A DNA stretch of 64,000 nt, from positions 2,240,001 through 2,304,000 of the forward strand of contig OZ220089.1 of the NCBI GenBank assembly GCA_964291625.2, read 5' to 3'. Made by a program: the position numbers and the translations under genes. The notes under the pieces were generated by a model. It was not told the DNA's origin. It did not search any database and saw nothing but the letters and a program-made list of their open reading frames with translations. The first letter of the stretch is position 1. Each line of letters begins with the position of its first letter. This DNA is from Candidatus Latescibacterota bacterium (GTDB taxonomy: Bacteria; Latescibacterota; UBA2968; UBA8231). Below are positions 18,921 to 28,260 of the stretch, in pieces.

Positions 18921-20465
18921 TCAAGCCCAGATCGAGGCCATCTGCCAGCCGTCGAGGGAGCGCAGGCGGCTGTCGACGCCCCGGGAGCGGAAGGAGACGC
19001 CGACGCTGTCCTCGCGCTCGGGATAGACCCGGGCGGCGACGCACTGGCGGCCGTTGACGAAGACCTCGACGACGCTCCGGTCGACGAAGACCCGCAGCTC
19101 CAGGGGCTCGTCGGGGGCCAGCCACACCGGCGCCGTCTCCGGGGCGCGGCAGGTCACGTCCGCCGCCAGCGAGGAGTACGACGTCTCCAGGGTGACCAGG
19201 CTGTGCCGGCGGCCGTCGCCGAAGCGGTCGTTGAAGCCGCGCTCCCGGAAGAAGGCGATGCGCGTGTGCTCCTCCCGGTCGGGCGAGCGCAGCACGTTCA
19301 TCTCCACCATGGGCGCGGTCACTGGGTCGAGGCAGGCCCGCAGCTCGACGGCGTCGCCGCTCACCGGCTCGACGAGGACCTCCTCGTTGGCGGGCAGCTT
19401 CACGTCCTCCAGGCGCACCCCCTCCCGGCGCAGGGACTCGACGGCGGCCACCGGCTCCATGGACAGCTCGTCCCCGTCCACGGTCAGCCGCCGGGGCAGG
19501 GTCATGATCTGGTTCCACCCCTTCGTCGGCTTGCCGGGGTTCATGTTGAAGATCACGATCAGCCCGCCCTCGCCGTCGGGGGTGGCCGACGGCGCGTGCA
19601 CGCCGCAGGGGACGGAGGCGCCGAAGTTGAACTTGCCGCCGTGGGTGACGACGAGCTTGTCGCGCTCGGTGTCGTAGTCGCCGAGGAGGTACTGGCCGCC
19701 GCTCATGTGGCTGAAGAACAGCAGCACGTGGCGATCGCCGATGGGCCAGAAGTAGGGGCAGGCGCCGTCGTCGCCGACGAGCGTGTAGTGGTCGTCCTCG
19801 ACGAAGGGATGGAGGTACTCCCAGTGCTCCAGGTCGGACGAGCGCAGCAGGAAGTTGGCGCGCACCGGCTTGCCCGCCGGACCCGCGGGCCTGGTGCCGG
19901 CCGAGAGCGAGTAGTAGTGGTCCCCCTTCTTCCAGATGCAGGGATCGAAGACGCGGTACGGCAGGGCCGAGCCGTCCGGCGCGGTCAGTGGGACCACCGC
20001 CTTGCCTGCGACCTTCTCCCAGTTCAGCAGCAGCGGATCGCTGGAGACGGCGACCATGTTCCCCACCTCGGTGCCGTGGTACATGGCGATGACCCGGTCC
20101 TCCTCGACGAAGGTGGCGCCGGAGAAGCACTTGTCCTCGGGACCGGGGTAGATGCAGTAAGGCAGGTCCCGCCAGCGGACCAGGTCGTCAGAGACGGCGT
20201 GGCCCCAGTGCTGGCGCGTGTCCTCCGGCGGGTAGGCCTGGTAGAACAGGTGCCAGCGCCCCTGCCAGCGGCACAGGCCGTTGGGGTCGTTGAGCCTCGC
20301 CTCGGGATTGACGTAGTGGTAGAGCGGCCGGTGGCGGTCGCCCTCGTAGGCGCGGCGTGCCTCGTTGAGCCGCCGCAGGAGGGGGTTGGCCGCCAGGGCC
20401 GCCTCCTGCTCGTCGAGGGTGTCGGGGAAGGTGTACTTCGGGACGAGGGACGTGGTGTCGGTCAT
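18921..20465 (-). CDS. GH32-like glycoside hydrolase with atypical catalytic motifs
   Basis: RPLYH, LNDPNG, WHLFYQ, WGHAVSDDL, FSG and C-terminal LRVFVDRSVVEVF. RDP is replaced by FDP and ECP by ACP. Start is ATG 20465. Confidence 0.8.
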   Translation of the reverse strand: MTDTTSLVPKYTFPDTLDEQEAALAANPLLRRLNEARRAYEGDRHRPLYHYVNPEARLNDPNGLCRWQGRWHLFYQAYPPEDTRQHWGHAVSDDLVRWRDLPYCIYPGPEDKCFSGATFVEEDRVIAMYHGTEVGNMVAVSSDPLLLNWEKVAGKAVVPLTAPDGSALPYRVFDPCIWKKGDHYYSLSAGTRPAGPAGKPVRANFLLRSSDLEHWEYLHPFVEDDHYTLVGDDGACPYFWPIGDRHVLLFFSHMSGGQYLLGDYDTERDKLVVTHGGKFNFGASVPCGVHAPSATPDGEGGLIVIFNMNPGKPTKGWNQIMTLPRRLTVDGDELSMEPVAAVESLRREGVRLEDVKLPANEEVLVEPVSGDAVELRACLDPVTAPMVEMNVLRSPDREEHTRIAFFRERGFNDRFGDGRRHSLVTLETSYSSLAADVTCRAPETAPVWLAPDEPLELRVFVDRSVVEVFVNGRQCVAARVYPEREDSVGVSFRSRGVDSRLRSLDGWQMASIWA

Positions 20466-20589
20466 GGGGCCTCGCGGTCGGGAAGGGGGAATCGGCCGGG
20501 GCGCGAAAGATCGGCACAGGGGCGCGGGTACTCCAGCCACGGACGGCCGTCGTACATTAGCGGGCGGCCTCACAATCCGGAGAGAATCG

Positions 20590-21444
20590 ATGATCGACTT
20601 CGAGCGCTCCCTCTTCACCTGGAAGCACCGCCCCTGGACCCACGACCCCCACTACCGCTGGGCCGGAGGATTCGTCGGCGAGGAGGGCCAGTCCTACCAC
20701 GTGCGCTTCCGCCTGGAAGCCGCCTGCGAGATCCTCGACCCCGGCACGGGCGAGGTGACCCGCCTCTATGCCGGCGCTCCCTGCCGCACCGAGTACACCA
20801 TCGCCCGCCGCAACATGTTCCAGATCCCCAGCTCCGAGTGGCGTCTCGTCTTCGGCGACGAGGACCGCGTCGACATCGCCCGGCGTCCCAGCTGGGAGCC
20901 GGAGCCGGGGGAGCGGAGCCCCCTGTCGGAGTCCTTCGCCGAGACCCGCCTCGACCTTCGCAGACACGATCCGCACAGGGTACTGGCCGACGGCGGCGAG
21001 ATCGCGGCGGCGACTCTGAGCGGCGACCTGCTGAGCGCGCGCTCCACCTGGGAGGACCGCGAGCGCGGCCTCACAGTCACCGTGGAGTACCCCGTGAACC
21101 TGATCAACATCCACGAGGCCGGCGGCGAGTTCCAGGTCTGCACCGGCCCCGTGGTGCTGCCCGACCTGGCCACCTGGGACGGGACCAACGTGTCGCGGGT
21201 GTTCATTGCCGACGTGGCGATCACCGCCTTCGACTGGGTCGAGTTCATCCTACGGCGGGAGGTGCAGGCCGCCGACTCCGAGCGCGAGTGGCTCGACCGC
21301 CCCCGGGGCCGCGACCGCCAGGAGCTGTGGGATCCGGAGGTGAAGCCGGAGGGCTACCCGCCGCCGCGGCCGAGCCCCACCGTCTACAACGAGACCTGGG
21401 AGCTGGAGGCCACCAACGTCGTCCTCGCCGCTCCCAACCGCTGA
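20590..21444 (+). CDS. Hypothetical protein
   Basis: Start MIDFERS at 20590 after GGAGAG. Strong GC3 bias; no recognisable motif. Confidence 0.7.
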   Translation: MIDFERSLFTWKHRPWTHDPHYRWAGGFVGEEGQSYHVRFRLEAACEILDPGTGEVTRLYAGAPCRTEYTIARRNMFQIPSSEWRLVFGDEDRVDIARRPSWEPEPGERSPLSESFAETRLDLRRHDPHRVLADGGEIAAATLSGDLLSARSTWEDRERGLTVTVEYPVNLINIHEAGGEFQVCTGPVVLPDLATWDGTNVSRVFIADVAITAFDWVEFILRREVQAADSEREWLDRPRGRDRQELWDPEVKPEGYPPPRPSPTVYNETWELEATNVVLAAPNR

Positions 21445-21454
21445 GAGGCGCGGC

Positions 21455-22462
21455 CTACTCCGGCTTGCGGGCGCTGACCAGATGGTAGTAGCCGTGACTC
21501 TCGGCGGACTCGAAGTCGACGAACCCCGCCGCCGTCAGCATCTCCTCGAGCTCGGAGAGGGTGTACTGCTTCCCCTTCTCGTAGAGCAGCATGGCCACCG
21601 AGAAGCAGGCCACCGTGAGGGGTCCGTCGCGGCTCTCGGCCAGGGGCATCTCGTGCAGGAGGATGCGGCCCCCCGGCTCCAGGGCCTCGAAGGCCCGGCG
21701 CGCCAGTCCCGCGCACGAGGCGGGGTCCCAGTCGTGGAAGATGTTGCCGAAGAGGGCGGCGTCGTGGCCGCCGGGCCAGGGGTCCCGGAACATGTCGGCC
21801 GGACAGGTGGCGACCCGGTCTTCCAGGCCGTAGCCGCCGATGTTCTCGGCGGCGATGGCGCAGACCTCCGGCAGGTCGAGAAGGGTGCAGCGCACCCCGG
21901 GGTGGGCCGCGGCGACCGCCGCCGAGAGCGACCCCGAGCCGGCGCCCACGTCGAGGAGCCGCCCCACGCCGGCGAAGACCGGCTGCCGCGCCAGGCTTCC
22001 GGCGGCGGGCAGGGTGAGGGCGTGCATGCGGCCGATGAACTCGCGTACCTCCGCCTCCGGGAGCGCCCCCATGGCCACGGCGAGGGGGGCCGCCGGCTCC
22101 CCGGAGCGGAAGGCGCCGCGCAACTCCCGGAGGATCGGGTCGTCGTCGCGGCAGAGGCGGCGGCCGAAGGGGCTCGCCGGCAGCAGGTAGGTCTCTCCAA
22201 AGTCGGTCAGGGCGAAGCGGCCCCCGCCGTCGTTGCGGGCGAAACCGCGAGCGGCGACGACGGCGACCATCGCCTCGGCGGCCCTCGGAGTCACGCCGAG
22301 GGCATCGGCCACCTCCGGGATGGTGCGGGGACTCTCCAGGAGCAGCTCGCAGAGGCCGGCCTCCTGGGCCAGGACCGCCATGGGCGCGGCGAAGCGCCGG
22401 TACTGCAGGTCGTAGAGGGACTGGTCCCCGACGGGCGGCGGCAAGGGGAAGGCGCGGGTCAT
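21455..22462 (-). CDS. O-methyltransferase (Methyltransf_2, with N-terminal dimerisation domain)
   Basis: LLDVGAGSG SAM motif, DLPEV, ADMF, NIFHDW and LEPGGRILLHE. Start inferred at MTRAFP (22462). Confidence 0.85.
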   Translation of the reverse strand: MTRAFPLPPPVGDQSLYDLQYRRFAAPMAVLAQEAGLCELLLESPRTIPEVADALGVTPRAAEAMVAVVAARGFARNDGGGRFALTDFGETYLLPASPFGRRLCRDDDPILRELRGAFRSGEPAAPLAVAMGALPEAEVREFIGRMHALTLPAAGSLARQPVFAGVGRLLDVGAGSGSLSAAVAAAHPGVRCTLLDLPEVCAIAAENIGGYGLEDRVATCPADMFRDPWPGGHDAALFGNIFHDWDPASCAGLARRAFEALEPGGRILLHEMPLAESRDGPLTVACFSVAMLLYEKGKQYTLSELEEMLTAAGFVDFESAESHGYYHLVSARKPE

Positions 22463-22827
22463 GCGCCAAACTTGCGGCCGCCAGCGCTGCCCGGCCAGCG
22501 CCCCCGGCCCGGAGGCGACCCAGATGCTCGGCAAGCCGCCGGCCCTCTCCTGGCGCCTGTCTCCGCCCCGGGGGAGTCCCCGGACCGTCCTCTCGCGCCG
22601 GCCGCTCCGCCCGCGCAGTCCCCGCACGGGCGCCCGGGGCATCCAGTCCCGCCTGGGTGCCGGGACCGCCTTCGGGCGCCGGCCGCCCCACCGGAGCCCG
22701 CGCCGGGCCCCGCTCACAGGGGATCGCTGCCCGCGCGGTGCCGGGCGCCGCACGCCCCCTCCGAGGAGTCCCCGGCCGAACGCCGGGGGCATGCGGACCC
22801 GCGGGACCGCCGGGGCGGGCGCCGCCG

Positions 22828-23943
22828 GTGAAGATCCTCCACACCTCCTACGACGACCCCCGCAACCCCTGGCTCGGGGGCGGGGGCGCGGCCCGCACCT
22901 TCGAGATCTGCCGGCGCCTCGCCGGCCGCCACGAGATCACCGTCGTCTGCGGCTCCTACCCCGGCGCCGCTCCCGAGGAGGAGCGCGACGGCTTGCGCGT
23001 CCTCCATCTCGGCAGCCCCCGGTCGTATGCGGTCAGCCGGCTCACCTTCTCGGCGCGGGCAAGCCGCTTCCTGGCGCGCTCCGACGCCGACCTGTGGGTC
23101 TACTCCTTCTCCGCTTTCGCCCCCCTGTGGGCGTCGGCCCCGCGCCGGCGGGCCTCGGTCCTCGAGTTCTTCCATCTCATGCAGGAGCACGCCGCCCGCA
23201 AGCGCCCCGTCCTCGGGCTGCCGGCCGCCGCCATCGAGCGCTCCACCCTGCGCGCCTACGATCAGGTCATCGCCATCTCGCCGAGTGTCGCCGAGGGTCT
23301 GTCCGCCATCCGCGGCGACCAAGGCCTCCACCTGGTCTACACCGGCCTCGACGACAGCTGCTTCCTGGAGGGCGCCGAAGAGGGCGATTATGTCCTCTAC
23401 TTCGGCCGGCTCGACACCTACACCAAGGGTCTGGACCTGCTTCTGGAGGCCCTCGGACGCGTCGCCAGGCAGGAGGGCGGGGTCCGCCTCGTCGTCGCCG
23501 GCCGCGGCACCCCGGAGCGGGTCGCCGAGCTGGAGGAGCTGGCCCGCCGGGCCGGCGTCGAGGAGCGGGTCGAGCTCATCGGCCCGGTGTCGGAGGAGCG
23601 GAAGACCGAGCTCTTCCGGCGGTCCCTGTTCAACGTGGCCCCCTCCCGCTACGAGGGCTGGTGCATTGCCGCCGTGGAGGCCTCGGCCGCGGGCAAGGCG
23701 GTGGTGGGCACCCGCATCCCGGGCCTGGTGGACGCCGTGCGCGACGGCGAGACCGGACTGCTGGCCGAGGCCGAGGACGTGGAGGGGATCGCCGGCGCCA
23801 TGCTGCGCCTGCTGCGCGAGCCCGGGCTGCGCGCGGAGCTGGGAGCCGCCGGCCGCCGCTGGGCGCAGCGGTTCCGCTGGGACCGGATCGCCGCCGATCA
23901 GGAGAGGGTCTACGAGGAGGTCGCCGCCGGCCTCGGTTCCTGA
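22828..23943 (+). CDS. GT4-family glycosyltransferase
   Basis: GTG start KILHTSY, GGGAAR, YFGRL...KGLD and PSRYEGWCIAAVEA (EX7E). Confidence 0.9.
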   Translation: MKILHTSYDDPRNPWLGGGGAARTFEICRRLAGRHEITVVCGSYPGAAPEEERDGLRVLHLGSPRSYAVSRLTFSARASRFLARSDADLWVYSFSAFAPLWASAPRRRASVLEFFHLMQEHAARKRPVLGLPAAAIERSTLRAYDQVIAISPSVAEGLSAIRGDQGLHLVYTGLDDSCFLEGAEEGDYVLYFGRLDTYTKGLDLLLEALGRVARQEGGVRLVVAGRGTPERVAELEELARRAGVEERVELIGPVSEERKTELFRRSLFNVAPSRYEGWCIAAVEASAAGKAVVGTRIPGLVDAVRDGETGLLAEAEDVEGIAGAMLRLLREPGLRAELGAAGRRWAQRFRWDRIAADQERVYEEVAAGLGS

Positions 23944-24208
23944 GCGCAGGACCGGCAACCCCTGGCCCGTCGCGACGCCGCGCCTCGGGCGGTCGGAGGA
24001 GAGCCCGGCCCTCGCGATGGTCTGGGCTTCGAGGTCGCCGAGCCGGCCCGAGCCTTCGGACCTCGGGGCAACAGAGGCGGCAAGGGGCCGGTGCCTCCGG
24101 GCCGAAGGAGGGTCCGAGGGACCCGGGCACCAGGCCGCGTTGAGCGCCCCCCTGACGGGCGCTTGCCAGCCCCGAGGGGCACCAGGCTGGCCGGTGGTGG
24201 CTCGGAGG

Positions 24209-25024
24209 TCAGGCGCCCGCCAGACCCGCGAACAGGCAGTCCACCGGCATGGGCGGGAAGCTCCCCCGCAGGCCGCCGAGGGAGTAGTGCTCCACCTCCA
24301 TCATGTGCGGCCTCTTGTCGACCTGGGCCCGCACCTCCTCCCCGGTGCCGAACTGCGAGGCATGGGCGCAGATCGCCGCCAGCTTGCGGTCCCGCTGGCC
24401 GCGGATGTCGACGGCGGCCGCCACCGAGTCCGCCGACACCCCGTAGAGATCGGCGTCGACATCGGACATCGTGGCGTCTGGATCCCCCTGGGTGCGGCGC
24501 ACCGACTCCAGCGGGTAGACCGGGTAGTAGAGGCGCCTCGGCGCCGGCCGAGCGACGCTGCCCGCCGACCAGAAGGCGGCCGTGGCGGCGCGGTGGATGG
24601 TGACGTGGTCGACGTGGGGATAGAGGCCGTGGGGGTCGAAGGTGATGATCACCTCCGGCTTCAGGTCCCCGATGATTGGCAGGAGCTGCCGCTCGAGGGC
24701 GGTCACCTCCTGGTTCATCAGCGCCCGGGGGTTCCGCCGCCCCACGTCGATGGGGAACCCCGAGTCGCAGTGGTCCAGCCAGATCGGCGGGTGGATCCCC
24801 AGGGCGGCGCAGGCCCGTTCCAGCTCGGCCTCCCGCAACCGCCCCCGGGCCTCGCCCTTGGGGTGGCGGTCCGCGTCGATGGCGGGGTGGACGATCTCCC
24901 CCTCCTCGCCGCGGGTGGCGCAGACGAGGCGGACCTCGCGCCCCTCGGCGGCGGCCTTCGCCAGGGCCCCCCCGCAGATGAAGGACTCGTCGTCCGGATG
25001 GGCGAAGATCGCGAGCAGATTCAT
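24209..25024 (-). CDS. PIG-L/MshB-like (LmbE) N-acetylglucosaminyl deacetylase
   Basis: AHPDDE, TRGEEG, YPHVDH and AHASQ motifs. Confidence 0.9.
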   Translation of the reverse strand: MNLLAIFAHPDDESFICGGALAKAAAEGREVRLVCATRGEEGEIVHPAIDADRHPKGEARGRLREAELERACAALGIHPPIWLDHCDSGFPIDVGRRNPRALMNQEVTALERQLLPIIGDLKPEVIITFDPHGLYPHVDHVTIHRAATAAFWSAGSVARPAPRRLYYPVYPLESVRRTQGDPDATMSDVDADLYGVSADSVAAAVDIRGQRDRKLAAICAHASQFGTGEEVRAQVDKRPHMMEVEHYSLGGLRGSFPPMPVDCLFAGLAGA

Positions 25025-25031
25025 CGACCGG

Positions 25032-25098
25032 CGTTTGTATCGTTTGTATAGCGGATCGGGGCCCCCGGTACCATATATTGTGCCTCACATTGTGCCTC
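25032..25098. promoter_or_regulatory. Two pairs of short direct repeats in the divergent promoter region (CGTTTGTAT x2; ATTGTGCCTC x2)
   Basis: CGTTTGTAT at 25032-25040 and 25041-25049; ATTGTGCCTC at 25077-25086 and 25089-25098. The patch is AT-rich against a very GC-rich background. Confidence 0.4.
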
Positions 25099-25171
25099 GT
25101 CCGGCGGGGGACCCGCCGGGCGCCAAGCTACGCAATCAACCTTCACACCGCTTCACAAGGGAGGCACTCAG

Positions 25172-27181
25172 ATGAAGCGCACTCTTCTTCTCCTGCCGCT
25201 GCTGTCCGCCGGCCTCGCCGCCGGACCCGCCGCGGCGGAAGACGTATACGAGATGGAGGAGGTCATCGTCACCGGCTCCAAGCTGCCGCAGACGCCGGGG
25301 AACGTGACCCAGAAGATCTCCATCATCACCGCCGACGACATGGGCTCCCTGGTCCAGGGCAACGGCAACCTGGCCGAGCTCCTCTCCTACTCGCCGGGCA
25401 ACTTCGCCAACGTCCTGTCCCGGAACGACGCCAACTGGGGCTCCTCCGGCGGCCTGGCCCACACCTACAAGGGCTACATGCTCGACGGCCTGCCCATCGA
25501 CGCCTTCGTCGATCTCCAGAGCCTCGACCCTTGGGCCTTCCAGCGCGTCGAGGACCAGCGCGGATCGGCCTCGGTCCTCTATCCCACCTACCTGGCCATG
25601 GACTTCGCCGGCAACCAGTCGCCGCTGGCGGGCACGGCCAACTTCATCCTCAAGGAGCGGGTCCGCAGCACCCGCACCAGCGCCTCGGTCTACGGCGGCT
25701 CCTACAGCACGATCGGAGGCCGCTTCTTCCATCAGCGCGCCGCCGGCAACCTGCACCTGTTCTTCGGCGGCCACCACGAGGACTCGGACTACACCGACTA
25801 CGGCACCGAGGGCTCCTGGCTGCAGATGGACGACAACCCGGAGTACGAGAAGACCAAGCTCTACATGCGCGGCACGTACTACCTCAACGACAGCGGTCAG
25901 CGGGCCTCCCTCTATGCCCACCGCACCTGGCACACGGGGGACGCCGGCCGCATCAACCGTGACTTCGGCCACACCTACACCACCCTCAACGCCGGCTACA
26001 CCCACCCGGTCTCGGACAAGATCACCGCCAACGCCAAGGTCGGCTACCGCGACTACGTGCGGCGCTGGGAGGAGGACGGCATCTGGGAGGATCCCAAGAG
26101 CCGCGAGCTGCGCTCCGAGGACGGCGTCGACCAGTCGGTGGTGCCGGCCGATCTCTCGGTCTCGATCATCACCCGCGAGTCGGACGTGCTCACCGTGGGC
26201 GCCGACTACCAGCTCGCCTCGTACGCCACACAGCGCGAGACCGGCGAGGTCGCCCCCGGCAACGACGCCACCGCCACCGCCCTCGGCCTCTATGCCCAGG
26301 AGGAGTTCCGCCTGGACAACATCACCCTGCGGGCCGGGGCGCGCTTCACCAACATCGGCCACGACATCGAGCTGTTGCAGGGAATGGCGCCGAACGAGAC
26401 CACCAACTCCTGGACCAAGCTCCTCTACAGCGCCGGGGTGCGCTACAACCAGAGCGAAGATCTCGGCGTCTATGCCAATCTGGGCACCAGCTTCAAGGCG
26501 CCCTCCCTCAAGTCCGTGGGCGGCACCGTGCCTCCGGACGGCAAGGGCGGCCACCTGCCCAACCCGGACATCAAGCCGGAGTCGGGCACCAGCATCGACC
26601 TGGGCGTGAACTACCGGCCCATGGAGGGCCTGCAGGTCGGCGTGCGGGGCTTCAACATCGCCCTCACCGACCAGATCACGCAGATCGTGGTGCCCGTGGC
26701 CGCGGATGATCCCGCGCAGTCCCAGGACATCAACGCCGGCCAGACCACGACCAACGGCGCCGAGCTGGAGGTCACCCACCGCCTCAGCGACATGGTCGAG
26801 TGGTTCGCCAACTACACCTACACCAACGCCGAGGTGACCGAGAACGAGGAGTATCCGGACAGGGTTGGCGCCAAGATCAACTTCGTCCCCGACACCGCCA
26901 TCGGCATCGGGGCCCACCTGACGCTGGCCGAGGGCCTGCGGGCGACGATCACGGCCCAGTCCTACAGCGGCATCTACCAGGACATCAGCACGACAGCCGA
27001 GGCCCTCGACGGGTACGTCCTGGTGAACGCCCGCGTCCAGTACGGCGTCAGCACCCGGGACGGGTACGACCTGACCCTCTTCCTCGAGCCCTACAACATC
27101 ACCAACCAGACCTTCGAGATGCCCTGGGGCTTCCAGGATCCAGGCTTCTCCACCAACGGCGGCCTGATGGTCAGCTTCTAG
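25172..27181 (+). CDS. TonB-dependent outer-membrane receptor (BtuB/CirA-like)
   Basis: Signal peptide, TonB box EEVIVTG, plug domain, FKAPS...NPDIKPE, NYTYT, YNITN and a C-terminal Phe. Confidence 0.9.
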   Translation: MKRTLLLLPLLSAGLAAGPAAAEDVYEMEEVIVTGSKLPQTPGNVTQKISIITADDMGSLVQGNGNLAELLSYSPGNFANVLSRNDANWGSSGGLAHTYKGYMLDGLPIDAFVDLQSLDPWAFQRVEDQRGSASVLYPTYLAMDFAGNQSPLAGTANFILKERVRSTRTSASVYGGSYSTIGGRFFHQRAAGNLHLFFGGHHEDSDYTDYGTEGSWLQMDDNPEYEKTKLYMRGTYYLNDSGQRASLYAHRTWHTGDAGRINRDFGHTYTTLNAGYTHPVSDKITANAKVGYRDYVRRWEEDGIWEDPKSRELRSEDGVDQSVVPADLSVSIITRESDVLTVGADYQLASYATQRETGEVAPGNDATATALGLYAQEEFRLDNITLRAGARFTNIGHDIELLQGMAPNETTNSWTKLLYSAGVRYNQSEDLGVYANLGTSFKAPSLKSVGGTVPPDGKGGHLPNPDIKPESGTSIDLGVNYRPMEGLQVGVRGFNIALTDQITQIVVPVAADDPAQSQDINAGQTTTNGAELEVTHRLSDMVEWFANYTYTNAEVTENEEYPDRVGAKINFVPDTAIGIGAHLTLAEGLRATITAQSYSGIYQDISTTAEALDGYVLVNARVQYGVSTRDGYDLTLFLEPYNITNQTFEMPWGFQDPGFSTNGGLMVSF

Positions 27182-27185
27182 GTTC

Positions 27186-28256
27186 ATGTCCGCCGACGCT
27201 TCCAGCCCCGCGGCGCCCTCCCGACCGGGAGCGGCCGCCGCGGGGCGTTTGTTTTTCCTCTGCCTCCTCCTCTCCGGCGCCCCCGCGGCGGCCGAAGGGG
27301 TGGCGGCCACCGACTTCCGCGGCAAGCGCATCGAGCTGGACAAGCCGGCGGAGCGCATCATCTGTCTGCTGGAGAGCGCCCTCACCGGCCTCTACATGCT
27401 GGGCGCCGAGGACCGCCTCGTGGGCATCTCCACCAACGTCTACCAGGGCAGCGTCTTCCCCTACTACGCGGCCATGGACGAGCGCATCCGCGACCGCACC
27501 CTGGCGACGCCGGGCAACTGGGACTTCGTCAACATCGAGAGCATGGTCGCCCTGGAGCCCGACCTCGTCATCGTCTGGTCGGGGCAGGAGGAGTCGATCG
27601 AGGCCCTCGAGGAGAAGGGGATCCCCGTCTTCGGGGTCTTCATCGAGCGCTTCGAGGACATCCACCGGGAGATCACCGCCCTCGGGGAGCTCACCGGCAC
27701 CGGCGAGCGCGCCGCCGAGCTGCTGGCCATCGCCGACGAGGAACTGGAGACGGTGCGGCGCAAGATCTCCCCGGCCGAGGGGGAAGAGGCGCCCGTCCTG
27801 CCGCGCGTCTACTTCATGTGGGCCCAGGGGCCGCTGCAGACGGCCGGCCGCAACAGCACCGTTCAGGAGCTGATCGACCTGGCGGGGGGGACCAACGTGG
27901 CCGCCGGCAGCCCGCTGGAGGCCCTGCTGGTGAACCTCGAGAACGTCCTCGTCTGGAACCCCGAGCTGATCGTCATGTGGTGCAACGACCGCCTCGGGCC
28001 GGCCGACGTGGGGCAGATGGCCGGCTGGCGCTCCGTCTCCGCCGTGCGCCAAGGGCGGGTCCACGAACTGCCCGATGCCTTCTCCTGCGATTTCTGGACC
28101 CTCAAGTACATCTTCACCGTCGAGATGGTGGCCCGCTGGTGCCACCCCGACCGCTTCCCCGAGGACGACGCCGAGAGCCTGCGCGCCGGTCTGCTGAACA
28201 AGCTCTACGGCGGGCGCCTCGGAGAGCTGCCGCCCCTGCCGGGCTCGGAGGGCTGA
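27186..28256 (+). CDS. Periplasmic binding protein of the BtuF/Fe-siderophore (Peripla_BP_2) family
   Basis: TDFRGKRIELDKPAERIICL, NIESMVALEPDLV, NLENVLVWNPELI and SAVRQGRVH. Confidence 0.85.
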   Translation: MSADASSPAAPSRPGAAAAGRLFFLCLLLSGAPAAAEGVAATDFRGKRIELDKPAERIICLLESALTGLYMLGAEDRLVGISTNVYQGSVFPYYAAMDERIRDRTLATPGNWDFVNIESMVALEPDLVIVWSGQEESIEALEEKGIPVFGVFIERFEDIHREITALGELTGTGERAAELLAIADEELETVRRKISPAEGEEAPVLPRVYFMWAQGPLQTAGRNSTVQELIDLAGGTNVAAGSPLEALLVNLENVLVWNPELIVMWCNDRLGPADVGQMAGWRSVSAVRQGRVHELPDAFSCDFWTLKYIFTVEMVARWCHPDRFPEDDAESLRAGLLNKLYGGRLGELPPLPGSEG

Positions 28257-28260
28257 TCGA

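Noticed and set aside
22463-22827. N-terminal extensions of the O-methyltransferase and glycosyltransferase, or a hidden gene in this GC-rich spacer
   Set aside because: The extensions are low-complexity Arg/Gly/Pro and the family domains begin at 22462 and 22828. No repeat or RNA motif was recognised.
25025-25171. Cobalamin riboswitch upstream of the BtuB-like receptor
   Set aside because: The leader is short and shared with a divergent gene, and I found no B12-box or other conserved riboswitch core.
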